Shown here in pieces: positions 29,813 through 38,081 of a stretch of 64,000 nt of DNA. The DNA lies in assembly GCA_938034445.1 (NCBI GenBank), contig CALHLD010000010.1, positions 6,774-70,773 of the forward strand, in the 5' to 3' direction. Positions within the stretch are counted from its first letter, which is position 1. Each line of letters opens with the position of its first letter. The position numbers were made by a program, and so were the translations under genes. The notes beneath the pieces are model-generated. The model did no database searches and was not told the DNA's origin. It saw only the letters and a program-made list of their open reading frames with translations. This DNA comes from an uncultured archaeon. Lineage in GTDB: Archaea > Thermoproteota > Nitrososphaeria > JACIWG01.

Positions 29813-29843
29813 TTATATCAAGCTTGATATCAAACTTGATAAT
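29813..29843. promoter_or_regulatory. Tandem palindromic operator-like element (copy 2)
   Basis: TTATATCAAGCTTGATATCAAACTTGATAAT. Confidence 0.6.
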
Positions 29844-29987
29844 CGAATATGTTAGGTAATTGTATAAAGACATTAAAATTAATGTAATGAGATAAAAAAA
29901 CATGTATTCAAGCACAAATTTTTTTATAAGATGATTAGAAAAAATTGTCCTTATATCATATAATTTAAGAAAAAACTTTAAAACCTC

Positions 29988-30320
29988 ATGTCATACAATG
30001 GAACTCTATCTGAGCAACAGATTAAAATAAAGAGTGCTCAAATAATAAATTATAGCTTGTCTTTTTTGGGTGAAAACGCTAAAAACGCTATATTTTATCA
30101 TTTTATGAGAAGTAGGAATCTAAATAAAGTAGAAGAAATAATTGATTACATTGATGAATTTGAAGACTTTTTAATTGGAATATTTGGGTATGGTGCAACA
30201 TTTATACTACCAATTATAGTTAATAGACTTTACAACCAGTTTAAGGTTGAGCCACAATCTTTTGCTCAGATTAGTCTATCTTATGCACTAAAAGAGATAA
30301 GAAGAAAGATGGTTCAATAA
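29988..30320 (+). CDS. Small helical protein, NitrOD5/DUF3227-like
   Basis: SLSFLGENAKNAIFYHF...FEDFLIGIFGYGATFI pattern. Confidence 0.6.
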   Translation: MSYNGTLSEQQIKIKSAQIINYSLSFLGENAKNAIFYHFMRSRNLNKVEEIIDYIDEFEDFLIGIFGYGATFILPIIVNRLYNQFKVEPQSFAQISLSYALKEIRRKMVQ

Positions 30321-30358
30321 AAAAATTTTAAATATTAGCTTAAGATGTATTATTGTAA

Positions 30359-30889
30359 ATGGACAAAATAGATCCAAGTTATATATTAGGAATTGTCGAT
30401 TGTCTTGGCCATTTTACCTTATACAATTATAATAATTATTGTTATCCAAAGTTTGTAGTTTACACTAAAAATAAAGACATAGCATATCTATTACATTCAT
30501 TCTTTAATATAGGTAATGTAATAACAAAATCAAAGAATAGAAATAAACCCCTTTACATATATTTTGTATCAAAGTATAATGAGTTAAAGCAAATAATCGA
30601 TTTTTTTGAAAACCATAAACTTAATATCAAATATAACGAATACATTCGCTTCAGAAACTTCCTTACCAAATGGCATCCTAAAATACAAAGAAGAAGCAAG
30701 GAAGAGAGTATCAAAGCATTAGAAACAGCAATAAAAATGTATAAAAAAGGTTATCCTGTAAAAGAAATAATCCTAAAGACAGGAGTAAGCCTTAATAGAT
30801 TATACATAGTTCTAAGATCTTACAATCTTAAGAGGTATAATAAGGTCAAAGATGAAGGAGTTATCCTGTATTCAAAGGTAAGGAGCTAG
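30359..30889 (+). CDS. LAGLIDADG-fold protein with C-terminal HTH, catalytic acid missing
   Basis: YILGIVDCLGHF, FFNIGNV, YIYFVS..ELKQIIDFFENHKL match a single LAGLIDADG domain. Tail MYKKGYPVKEIILKTGVSLNRLYIVL is HTH-like. Confidence 0.75.
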   Translation: MDKIDPSYILGIVDCLGHFTLYNYNNYCYPKFVVYTKNKDIAYLLHSFFNIGNVITKSKNRNKPLYIYFVSKYNELKQIIDFFENHKLNIKYNEYIRFRNFLTKWHPKIQRRSKEESIKALETAIKMYKKGYPVKEIILKTGVSLNRLYIVLRSYNLKRYNKVKDEGVILYSKVRS

Positions 30890-31317
30890 CTTTCTTCTAC
30901 TATTTCATATGACGTTGCTATCTCAGCCGCTTTCTTTAACATTCCTCCAACTGAACAATACTTTTCATGTGAAAGTCTGATCGCGTTTTCAACAAAATCT
31001 TTATTAATATTTACACCCTTAATAATATACTTGAGACTTATGTTTGTATAAATTTTCGGATCCTCATCCCTCCTTATACCTGAAACTTCAACCGTTAACC
31101 CCCTAATATCTTGTCTCTTCTTTTTAAGTATCAAAACAACATCAATGCTACTACATGCAGCTAAACATGCTAAAAGAGTCTCCATAGGCGAAGGTGCTGT
31201 ACCATGTCCACCCCTTTCAATAGGAACATCAAAATTGACTGTAAGCCCATTTTCATTTTTTCCAACAAATTTTAGGTCGCCTAGCCACTCTAAAGTCATT
31301 TTCTTTATAGTTGGCAT
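30886..31317 (-). CDS. OsmC family protein
   Basis: SPMETLLACLAACS, SHEKYCSV. Confidence 0.92.
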   Translation of the reverse strand: MPTIKKMTLEWLGDLKFVGKNENGLTVNFDVPIERGGHGTAPSPMETLLACLAACSSIDVVLILKKKRQDIRGLTVEVSGIRRDEDPKIYTNISLKYIIKGVNINKDFVENAIRLSHEKYCSVGGMLKKAAEIATSYEIVEES

Positions 31318-31393
31318 AAAAGGACCATAAAAATATAGTCTATAAAAGCTTTAAAAAGACTGATCCGCCTAGAGTTTGTTCATATTTATGAAC

Positions 31394-32341
31394 TTAAATC
31401 AATTTTATTCCACAGTTAGGGCAAAACTTTGGTGTTGTCGGTAAGTTTCTAAGGTCTGTTCCACAGTTTGGGCAGAAGTTTATTTTTTGAACTGTTACCG
31501 GAGCTTGTTGTGTAGAGGGGGAACTTGTAGGTTGTGTTTGTGCTGTAGGCGCTGGCATTGGTGTTGGTTGAGTTTGTTGTTGGGGTTGCATTATTGGGGG
31601 TATGATTACCATTCCAGCGCCTAGGGCTGCACCTGGTGATTTTGATAGAGATTCTGCTACAGATTTTGCTGTATCCATTTGTAGGACTGTTGTTGCGCTT
31701 GCTTGTTTTAGCCAGAATAGTCTTTCTCTGTATTCTGGTGTTGTGTCTATTCCTTCGAATTTTAGGTCTATAAGTTGCAGGCCTATTCTTGAAAGTTCTT
31801 CTGATATGGCTGTTTTTACTTTAAATGATACTTCTTCTAGTTTACTGAATACTGTTACTAGATCATATTTTGAGAGTTGGGAGATTAGTCTTTCGTTCAT
31901 GTATCCTCTTAGGAATTCGTTAACTTGTGGTGTTTCAAAAATACTTTGTCCACCTACAACTTCCATTACAAATATTTTTGGGTCTGAAATTTTGAACCAA
32001 TATGATCCATAAAATTTTAAGGGCGCCAGGTCTGTTGTTTGCCCGCTTGCACCGTAAAGTCCTTTAAACTGTTTTGTTGAAACAAATATAACATCTGCTG
32101 TAAATGGGGATCTATCGAAACCGGATATTCTACTTAGTATTGTAGTTAATAGAGGTAGATTTTGGGTTGTTATTGTGTGTCTTCCAGCTTGAAATACGTC
32201 GTATGCTTTGCCGTCTCTAAAGAAAACTGCAATCTGATATTCTCTAACTATCAATTGGCTGCCCCACGTTATTATATTTTTTGGGTATCTATATACTATA
32301 TCATTTTCATCCTGTATTGCCCATTCTATAATATCAGGCAT
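31394..32341 (-). CDS. SPFH (band 7) domain protein with C-terminal double zinc ribbon (YdjI-like)
   Basis: GSQLIVREYQIAVFFRDGK, GRHTITTQNLP; Q/P/T linker; CPNCG...CPNCG. Confidence 0.88.
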   Translation of the reverse strand: MPDIIEWAIQDENDIVYRYPKNIITWGSQLIVREYQIAVFFRDGKAYDVFQAGRHTITTQNLPLLTTILSRISGFDRSPFTADVIFVSTKQFKGLYGASGQTTDLAPLKFYGSYWFKISDPKIFVMEVVGGQSIFETPQVNEFLRGYMNERLISQLSKYDLVTVFSKLEEVSFKVKTAISEELSRIGLQLIDLKFEGIDTTPEYRERLFWLKQASATTVLQMDTAKSVAESLSKSPGAALGAGMVIIPPIMQPQQQTQPTPMPAPTAQTQPTSSPSTQQAPVTVQKINFCPNCGTDLRNLPTTPKFCPNCGIKLI

Positions 32342-32853
32342 TATTTGATCACCTCAAAGATCACGTCATTCCTTTGATTAAAGGTATTTTCAAATTCTAA
32401 AAGTTTTTTTCTAAAGTCTTCTAATGCTAACTTCTTATTTTCTTGACCATAAATGTTGTTTGCTATATCTTTTAAAGACTTAATATTTTCTAAAATATTA
32501 TAATCGAATTCTAATAGTTTATCAAGCTTTTCTTCTTTAACTTTGACTGCGTCAAAAAATCCAGAATATCCATAATTTGCATGTTCTATCTTGTTGATAA
32601 GTCTATCCAATACAGCAGATACACGATTTGCGGTAGAAAAGGTTTCAACATCATTAGAGTCCGCTATTTTCTGGAAAACATCATTTAATATCATTTTTAT
32701 CTCATTAAGTTTTTCAACCAAACATTTTCTGACCATCTTATCTGCCTCACGCCTTAACTCTTTCTCCTTATAACCATGATAGCCAGGAACATATGATGCA
32801 ATTTTTTCTAATAGGGTTTGTTCGTCTCTTACTCTGCCAATTATATTTGACAT
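32341..32853 (-). CDS. Helical hypothetical protein coupled to the SPFH gene
   Basis: VPGYHGYKEKELRREADK, YGYSGFFDAVKV; TAATG stop/start overlap. Confidence 0.8.
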   Translation of the reverse strand: MSNIIGRVRDEQTLLEKIASYVPGYHGYKEKELRREADKMVRKCLVEKLNEIKMILNDVFQKIADSNDVETFSTANRVSAVLDRLINKIEHANYGYSGFFDAVKVKEEKLDKLLEFDYNILENIKSLKDIANNIYGQENKKLALEDFRKKLLEFENTFNQRNDVIFEVIK

Positions 32854-32913
32854 CTATATATCCTACCTAGAATTTTTGAAAAATGGTGTATTTAAGTTTT
32901 CATGATAAAAATT

Positions 32914-33777
32914 TTATTTTACAAGATTAGGATGTGTGTGCTCAATTGGTAGAAACTTTGGATCATAACTTGTTCTAGGAACAAGTTTTCTTGCATTATT
33001 TGGGCACCTATAGACACATAATCCGCAACCCATACATTTGTCAGGGTCAACATAGGCTTTACCTTCTTGGTCCCTAAATATAGCATTAAACGTGCATATG
33101 TTAACGCATACACCACAATTATCTAAACCCCTACATTTTTCAGAATTAACAACAGAATATAATGGTCCCGGATACACGCCTTCTCCAGCAATAAGCTGGC
33201 TTCTTGTTGGCATACAATATCTTGCATCACAATTGCAAATTACAAAAGCCCAACGTTTCGCCTTAAAACATGCAAACACTTCATGAATTAGATTGTGGTC
33301 ACGGAATTCTTTTAAAAGTCGCTTTGCCTCTTCCTTAGTTATGTATGTGTATTCTTCAGGATCCGCAGCCTTATATGCTTCAGCACCATACATAATAACC
33401 ATATCTGTGACATAAGGTTCTTCTTTGACACCAATAGATTTTTTACAAACACAGGGGCCGACAGCAATATGTGTTCCATTTTCAGGTAAACTGTCAATCA
33501 GGCGTAGAGCTGCCTCATGTTCTATCACAACACCATGAGGCAAAAACCATAGAAGTTTTCCTGTAACCTTTAAGAAAAATCTACCTGGCCTTGTACTGTT
33601 CAAAAGTCTGTTTTTTAGTAGCCTATCAATTATTCTAACAACTGTGGGCTCTATTTTTGCATAGAAAGTATGTAACTTCTTTTGTAGATAGGATTCTTCA
33701 CCAAAATTTCCATTTTGAAATATATGTGTGAAGACGATAAAAGCAAAGAGTGTTGAAGATAGAGTAAACAGATACAT
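32914..33777 (-). CDS. 4Fe-4S dicluster protein
   Basis: CVCK, ICNCDARYC, C..CGVCVNIC and CMGCGLCVYRCP. True start may be downstream of 33777. Confidence 0.85.
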   Translation of the reverse strand: MYLFTLSSTLFAFIVFTHIFQNGNFGEESYLQKKLHTFYAKIEPTVVRIIDRLLKNRLLNSTRPGRFFLKVTGKLLWFLPHGVVIEHEAALRLIDSLPENGTHIAVGPCVCKKSIGVKEEPYVTDMVIMYGAEAYKAADPEEYTYITKEEAKRLLKEFRDHNLIHEVFACFKAKRWAFVICNCDARYCMPTRSQLIAGEGVYPGPLYSVVNSEKCRGLDNCGVCVNICTFNAIFRDQEGKAYVDPDKCMGCGLCVYRCPNNARKLVPRTSYDPKFLPIEHTHPNLVK

Positions 33778-33927
33778 ACTCTAATGCTTGCTATAAAATC
33801 TTTTTATCTTTTACTTTAAGAAAGCCCTTTTTAATTTAATTTAAACATTCATGATTTTTTAGAACTATTAAATGAGGCTCAAACATTACAAAAAGTTTAT
33901 ATATAAGTCTAATATATTATATTTATT

Positions 33928-33993
33928 GGGGCAATAGTCCTGGAGGTGACTCCTCTATGGGATTGCCTTCAAAGACTATTGTCTCCGACATGT
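33928..33993 (+). ncRNA. Putative structured RNA (long GU-rich hairpin) after a TATA-like box
   Basis: GGGGCAATAGTC pairs with GACTATTGTCTC and TGGAGGTGA with TTGCCTTCA. TTTATATATA lies about 25 nt upstream. ACA follows the stem. Confidence 0.5.
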
Positions 33994-34020
33994 CCTTAAC
34001 AAACCTGAATTACTTGACAC

Positions 34021-34059
34021 ACCCCCTCCAATAAACTTTTTTTTAAAAAAAGGGGGGGT
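34021..34059. terminator. Probable bidirectional terminator
   Basis: ACCCCCT...T8-A7-GGGGGGGT between the hairpin transcript and the hsp20 3' end. Confidence 0.45.
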
Positions 34060-34074
34060 AAGACGATAGTTTGT

Positions 34075-34680
34075 TTAGTCTATCTTTATTGGCTCACCTT
34101 TTGGTTTTTCCTCTTTCTTTGGTAGAGTAACTTCCAGAATTCCGTTACGATAAGATGATTTCGCCTTCTTCGGATCAACTTTCGTAGGTAAGTCTACTTC
34201 CTTATAATATTTTCTTTGTGGGGTGTCAACTGAAATTGTAAGCGAAGTTTCTGTACCATGAAGTTTTATATCCTCTTTCTCTACACCTGGTATTTCTGCA
34301 ATAACCTTAACTTCGCCGTTTGTTGTAAGAACGTCAACAATGGGTTCTCTTTCAACTTTAAAGTCTATGCTAGGTCTTCCAGGTCCAGGAGCTACCTTAA
34401 GGTTTCCGAAAGTTCTTACTTGCGGCTTACCGTCTGGCCCAATAGTAACACTGTATCCGTAAACGAATGGCCCCCATTCTTTAACTTTGCTTCCGTCAGG
34501 CAGTGTTCTTTCCCTTATAAGTTCTTTGGGCACCATTTCGCTTAACGCTTTAAATTCACGTTCCATTTCTTCCTCTAATTCTTTAAAAAACTCATCTATA
34601 TCTTCAAAGAACCAGCTTCTGAAAAAGGGGAAACGCCTTCTCCTAAATGGACTCCACCAATCTTCATTCATAACGACCAC
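34075..34680 (-). CDS. hsp20: Archaeal small heat shock protein
   Basis: GPFVYGYSVTIGPDGKP, EREPIVDV, AEIPGVEKEDI, YRNGILEV. Confidence 0.95.
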   Translation of the reverse strand: MVVMNEDWWSPFRRRRFPFFRSWFFEDIDEFFKELEEEMEREFKALSEMVPKELIRERTLPDGSKVKEWGPFVYGYSVTIGPDGKPQVRTFGNLKVAPGPGRPSIDFKVEREPIVDVLTTNGEVKVIAEIPGVEKEDIKLHGTETSLTISVDTPQRKYYKEVDLPTKVDPKKAKSSYRNGILEVTLPKKEEKPKGEPIKID

Positions 34681-34726
34681 CTTTAAAAGTAATAGGATTT
34701 ATCTTATATATAAATTTTTATATTTT

Positions 34727-35521
34727 TTAAAATATTTTTTTCATATCGTTAACGCTTTCTAAAATTATGTCAGGATAATACTTTTCCGGTATTTTCCCCA
34801 AATCTTCAGCTTTCGTGACGCCAGTTAAGACGAGCACGGATTTCATTTTCGCTCTCTTTGCAGCGATGATGTCTGTTTCAACCTTGTCTCCGACGATTAA
34901 AACTTCATCCTTTCTCAACCCAGAATATTTAAGTGCCATATTTATTATTATTTTTGATGGCTTTCCTATTAGAAAAGGTTTTACTTTTGTGGCAGCTGTG
35001 ATTGCAGCAGCCATTGCACCAGCACCAGGCAAGTAGCCATCTTCAACAGGCAGAATCATATCCAAGTTTGTTGCAATAAATTTAGCGCCATATTGTATAG
35101 CGTAACATGCTGCCTTAAGACGGTTAAAATTAAATTCAGGGTCAAAACATGATACAACAAAATTCGCTTCCATTGCATGTTCTTCGTCAACTACTGTGAA
35201 TCCTTTTTCTTTAAAAAGAGTTTTAAGCGCATTTCCGCCTACGACATAAACCCTATTATTGGATCCAAATTTTCTGTAAATGTATTCAACTGCTGCCATT
35301 CCAGAAGTATAAAATTCACTTTCTATAGCGTCTAAACCCATTTTCCTAAAATGTTCAACATATTCTTTTTGTGATCGTGAAGCATTGTTTGTTAAATAAA
35401 TTATTTTTAACCCCCTACTTTTTAGGTAAGATATTGTATCCTTTACACCTTCTATTGGAGTGTGCCCCCTATATATACAGCCGTCTAAGTCAAAAAATAT
35501 TCCCTTGATATCAGCTAGCAT
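34727..35521 (-). CDS. HAD-IIA hydrolase (NagD-like)
   Basis: FDLDGCIY, LTNN, IGKPS, VGDKVETDI, VLTGV. Confidence 0.92.
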   Translation of the reverse strand: MLADIKGIFFDLDGCIYRGHTPIEGVKDTISYLKSRGLKIIYLTNNASRSQKEYVEHFRKMGLDAIESEFYTSGMAAVEYIYRKFGSNNRVYVVGGNALKTLFKEKGFTVVDEEHAMEANFVVSCFDPEFNFNRLKAACYAIQYGAKFIATNLDMILPVEDGYLPGAGAMAAAITAATKVKPFLIGKPSKIIINMALKYSGLRKDEVLIVGDKVETDIIAAKRAKMKSVLVLTGVTKAEDLGKIPEKYYPDIILESVNDMKKIF

Positions 35522-35641
35522 ACAATTAACCTCCTATTTACTAATATATTAAAATTGTAAAGCAATTTGGAGTCTTGAACAATTTTAAAAATGTTCATCC
35601 TTAATTAAATATTTATAAATATTTTTTAAAAATCTCTTTGC

Positions 35642-36253
35642 ATGAGCAATTTATCCGGTATCCTATTATCAGATTTAATTATAGCATTTCTATTGTTCTC
35701 AATTATCGTTACTACAGTACTTTTAACAAAAAAATTCTCCAACATTTGGATAAACAGGAAAATGATACATCTTTCAGTAGTACCAGCTATTTTATGTTAC
35801 ATGTATGTATTTAATGAACCTTATATATTCTTCATATTTGCTATCTTCTTCGTAGTATTCCTAATATTACCACATGTAAAATCGAAGGAATTAAGTTGGT
35901 TTCAAGAAAAGAAAAATTATGGAGAAGTGTTTTTCTGCCTAAGCTTTGCTATACTAGCTATCCCATGCTGGGAAAATTATAGGATATTAGCTGGTGTTGC
36001 AATGCTTTTTATGGCCGTAGGTGATTCGGTGACAGGAATAGTTAGATCACGCTTTCTGAAAAATAGAGGAAAACATTGGTCCGGTAGCATTGCCATGTTG
36101 ATCACGTGCCTATTTATAGGATTATTTTTCTTAAGCTATAAAGGAATAGTACTTTCTATCCTTGCCACATTGCTTGAATATCAGCCTTGGATAGACGATA
36201 ATCTCACAGTTCCACTTTTAACCGTATTATTTGGCATGATTTTGCCCGTATAG
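35642..36253 (+). CDS. Dolichol/phytol kinase-like membrane protein
   Basis: RKMIH, MAVGDSVTGIV, KHWSGS, DDNLTVP. Confidence 0.85.
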   Translation: MSNLSGILLSDLIIAFLLFSIIVTTVLLTKKFSNIWINRKMIHLSVVPAILCYMYVFNEPYIFFIFAIFFVVFLILPHVKSKELSWFQEKKNYGEVFFCLSFAILAIPCWENYRILAGVAMLFMAVGDSVTGIVRSRFLKNRGKHWSGSIAMLITCLFIGLFFLSYKGIVLSILATLLEYQPWIDDNLTVPLLTVLFGMILPV

Positions 36254-36301
36254 TTTAAAAGCACAATATATTTTGGTAGAGGAGTAAAAGGGGAATCGAT
36301 T

Positions 36302-36910
36302 ATGAACTTTATACTTTTGATTAGACATGGAGAAAGTGAAAGTAATGTTAAGCATTTGATAAGTCATGATGTTGAAAGTTATCCCTTAACTGAAAAAGGT
36401 GTTGAGCAGAGTAGGATAATCGCTGATGGATTAAAAAAGTTAAAAATAGATGTAATATATTCAAGTCCAGTTTTGAGGTGTAGACAAACAGCTCAAATTA
36501 TTTCAGAATCTCTAAAATGTCATATAATATATGATGAGCGAGTAAAAGAAAGGTTTTTTGGAAAATTTAACAATAAAAGGATAGATCCTCTTGATTGGAA
36601 AACTTTCTTGGTTGATGAAGCATCAAAAAAATGTGTTGAAGGATGGGATGAAATATATTTGAGAATCTATGATTTAATAAAGAATGTGAAAGGTAAGAAT
36701 GCTGTTATAGTTACGCATTATGATCTAATTAGAGCTTTTATAGCAAAACAGTTCGGTCTCGAAGATGAACTGAGCGCATGGGGTATTGTAATTCCTAATG
36801 CAAGCCTAACGATAGTTTTGAATAAAAATGAAAGTTATAAGGTTAAAGCGATAGGGATACCTCCAGTTGAAGAATTAATTTCTAAAATTATACAAGATTT
36901 AAACATCTAA
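36302..36910 (+). CDS. Histidine phosphatase / cofactor-dependent phosphoglycerate mutase family
   Basis: IRHGES, LTEKG, SSPVLRCRQTA, VTH. Confidence 0.9.
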   Translation: MNFILLIRHGESESNVKHLISHDVESYPLTEKGVEQSRIIADGLKKLKIDVIYSSPVLRCRQTAQIISESLKCHIIYDERVKERFFGKFNNKRIDPLDWKTFLVDEASKKCVEGWDEIYLRIYDLIKNVKGKNAVIVTHYDLIRAFIAKQFGLEDELSAWGIVIPNASLTIVLNKNESYKVKAIGIPPVEELISKIIQDLNI

Positions 36911-37488
36911 TAATATTCAACCTTAACCAAGTATCTTCTCAGGTAGACGCCAAATAATATTCCAACAATTAGGCCTGCCAAATGAGCACTATGTGCAATG
37001 GTTGAAGGTGAGAAAAGGCCAGCAAAATCAATTATGGCCCATAATATAACCAACAATATTAATGGAATAGGAAGAAGCCCATATAAGAAAACCCTTCTAA
37101 AAGGTGTTAGAACAACTAGTGTTCCAACAATACCATATATGGCGCCAGAAGCACCAATTCCTGGAATACTAGAGGATGGGTCAGCGATCAAATATCCCAC
37201 ATTGCCAATGATACCAGATAGTATGAATATGATAGCAAAAAGTTTTCTTCCCACTATATTTTCTAGGCTTAAACCAAAAAAGAAAAGGGCGATCATGTTA
37301 AACAATAAATGTTCAAAGTCAGCGTGAAGGAAGATTGAAGTTATGAATGACCAAGGCATTTCAAGCGCATAGGATGGAAAAAATGCGAGATATATCCAAT
37401 ATACTGTAAGATTTTGGAAAATAAACATTGTAACACATGAGAGTATGAATATGTAGGTCCAGATTGGTTTTTCAATAAATGAATGCAT
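36907..37488 (-). CDS. Rhomboid intramembrane serine protease
   Basis: HADFEHLLFNM, GASG, AHSAHLAG. Confidence 0.93.
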   Translation of the reverse strand: MHSFIEKPIWTYIFILSCVTMFIFQNLTVYWIYLAFFPSYALEMPWSFITSIFLHADFEHLLFNMIALFFFGLSLENIVGRKLFAIIFILSGIIGNVGYLIADPSSSIPGIGASGAIYGIVGTLVVLTPFRRVFLYGLLPIPLILLVILWAIIDFAGLFSPSTIAHSAHLAGLIVGILFGVYLRRYLVKVEYY

Positions 37489-37501
37489 TTAATCAAACTC
37501 T

Positions 37502-38020
37502 TTATGTGTATAATGAGTATATTCCCCTATTCATCATAAGCTTTTGAAGTTCATACCTTAATTTTAGGTCTAAGTCAACCTGTTTCTCTGAAACAAGAGG
37601 CAGTTTTTGAGAGTGAATAACCGGCCCGTGTAAAATCATCCTATTTTTTTCCACCTCATCTAAAGGCTTTGGCTCACTCTTTAGTATACTGTTAATAATA
37701 TTAACTGGAACCTCGTTTTTGGAAAGAGATTCAAGAATATGTTTAGCAATTTTATCTTCAACTGGTCTAAAACCATAATGTGGACTTTCTATCTTTTCTA
37801 CAAATTCACTGTTTTCATTTTTAAAACTTAATCCTACACATAGAGGGTTAGGCTTATATAGGCTGTCTAACTTTATTTCCCATACTTCTTCTGGTGAATA
37901 AAATAGTATTGTTGGAAACCCTTTATCATCCTTACTAATAAACACTTTCCAACCTAAAGGGTTCCTATTATAGGCTACATGAATCTTTCTTAAAATACTT
38001 TCAAAACCTTCTATGCTCAA
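37502..38020 (-). CDS. Hypothetical protein
   Basis: 172-aa ORF co-oriented between AMP phosphorylase and rhomboid. Confidence 0.7.
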   Translation of the reverse strand: MSIEGFESILRKIHVAYNRNPLGWKVFISKDDKGFPTILFYSPEEVWEIKLDSLYKPNPLCVGLSFKNENSEFVEKIESPHYGFRPVEDKIAKHILESLSKNEVPVNIINSILKSEPKPLDEVEKNRMILHGPVIHSQKLPLVSEKQVDLDLKLRYELQKLMMNRGIYSLYT

Positions 38021-38081
38021 TGCACCAAATAATTTTTAAGTATTATTTAAAAATTTTTCTAATAAAAGTTAGAAGGTAAAG

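Noticed and set aside
24620-29843. Composite transposon bounded by terminal inverted repeats
   Set aside because: No transposase or integrase inside, no target duplication seen, and the repeats are self-palindromic like operators.
30359-30889. Active homing endonuclease within an intron
   Set aside because: No interrupted host gene flanks it, and the catalytic acidic residue is replaced by Leu.
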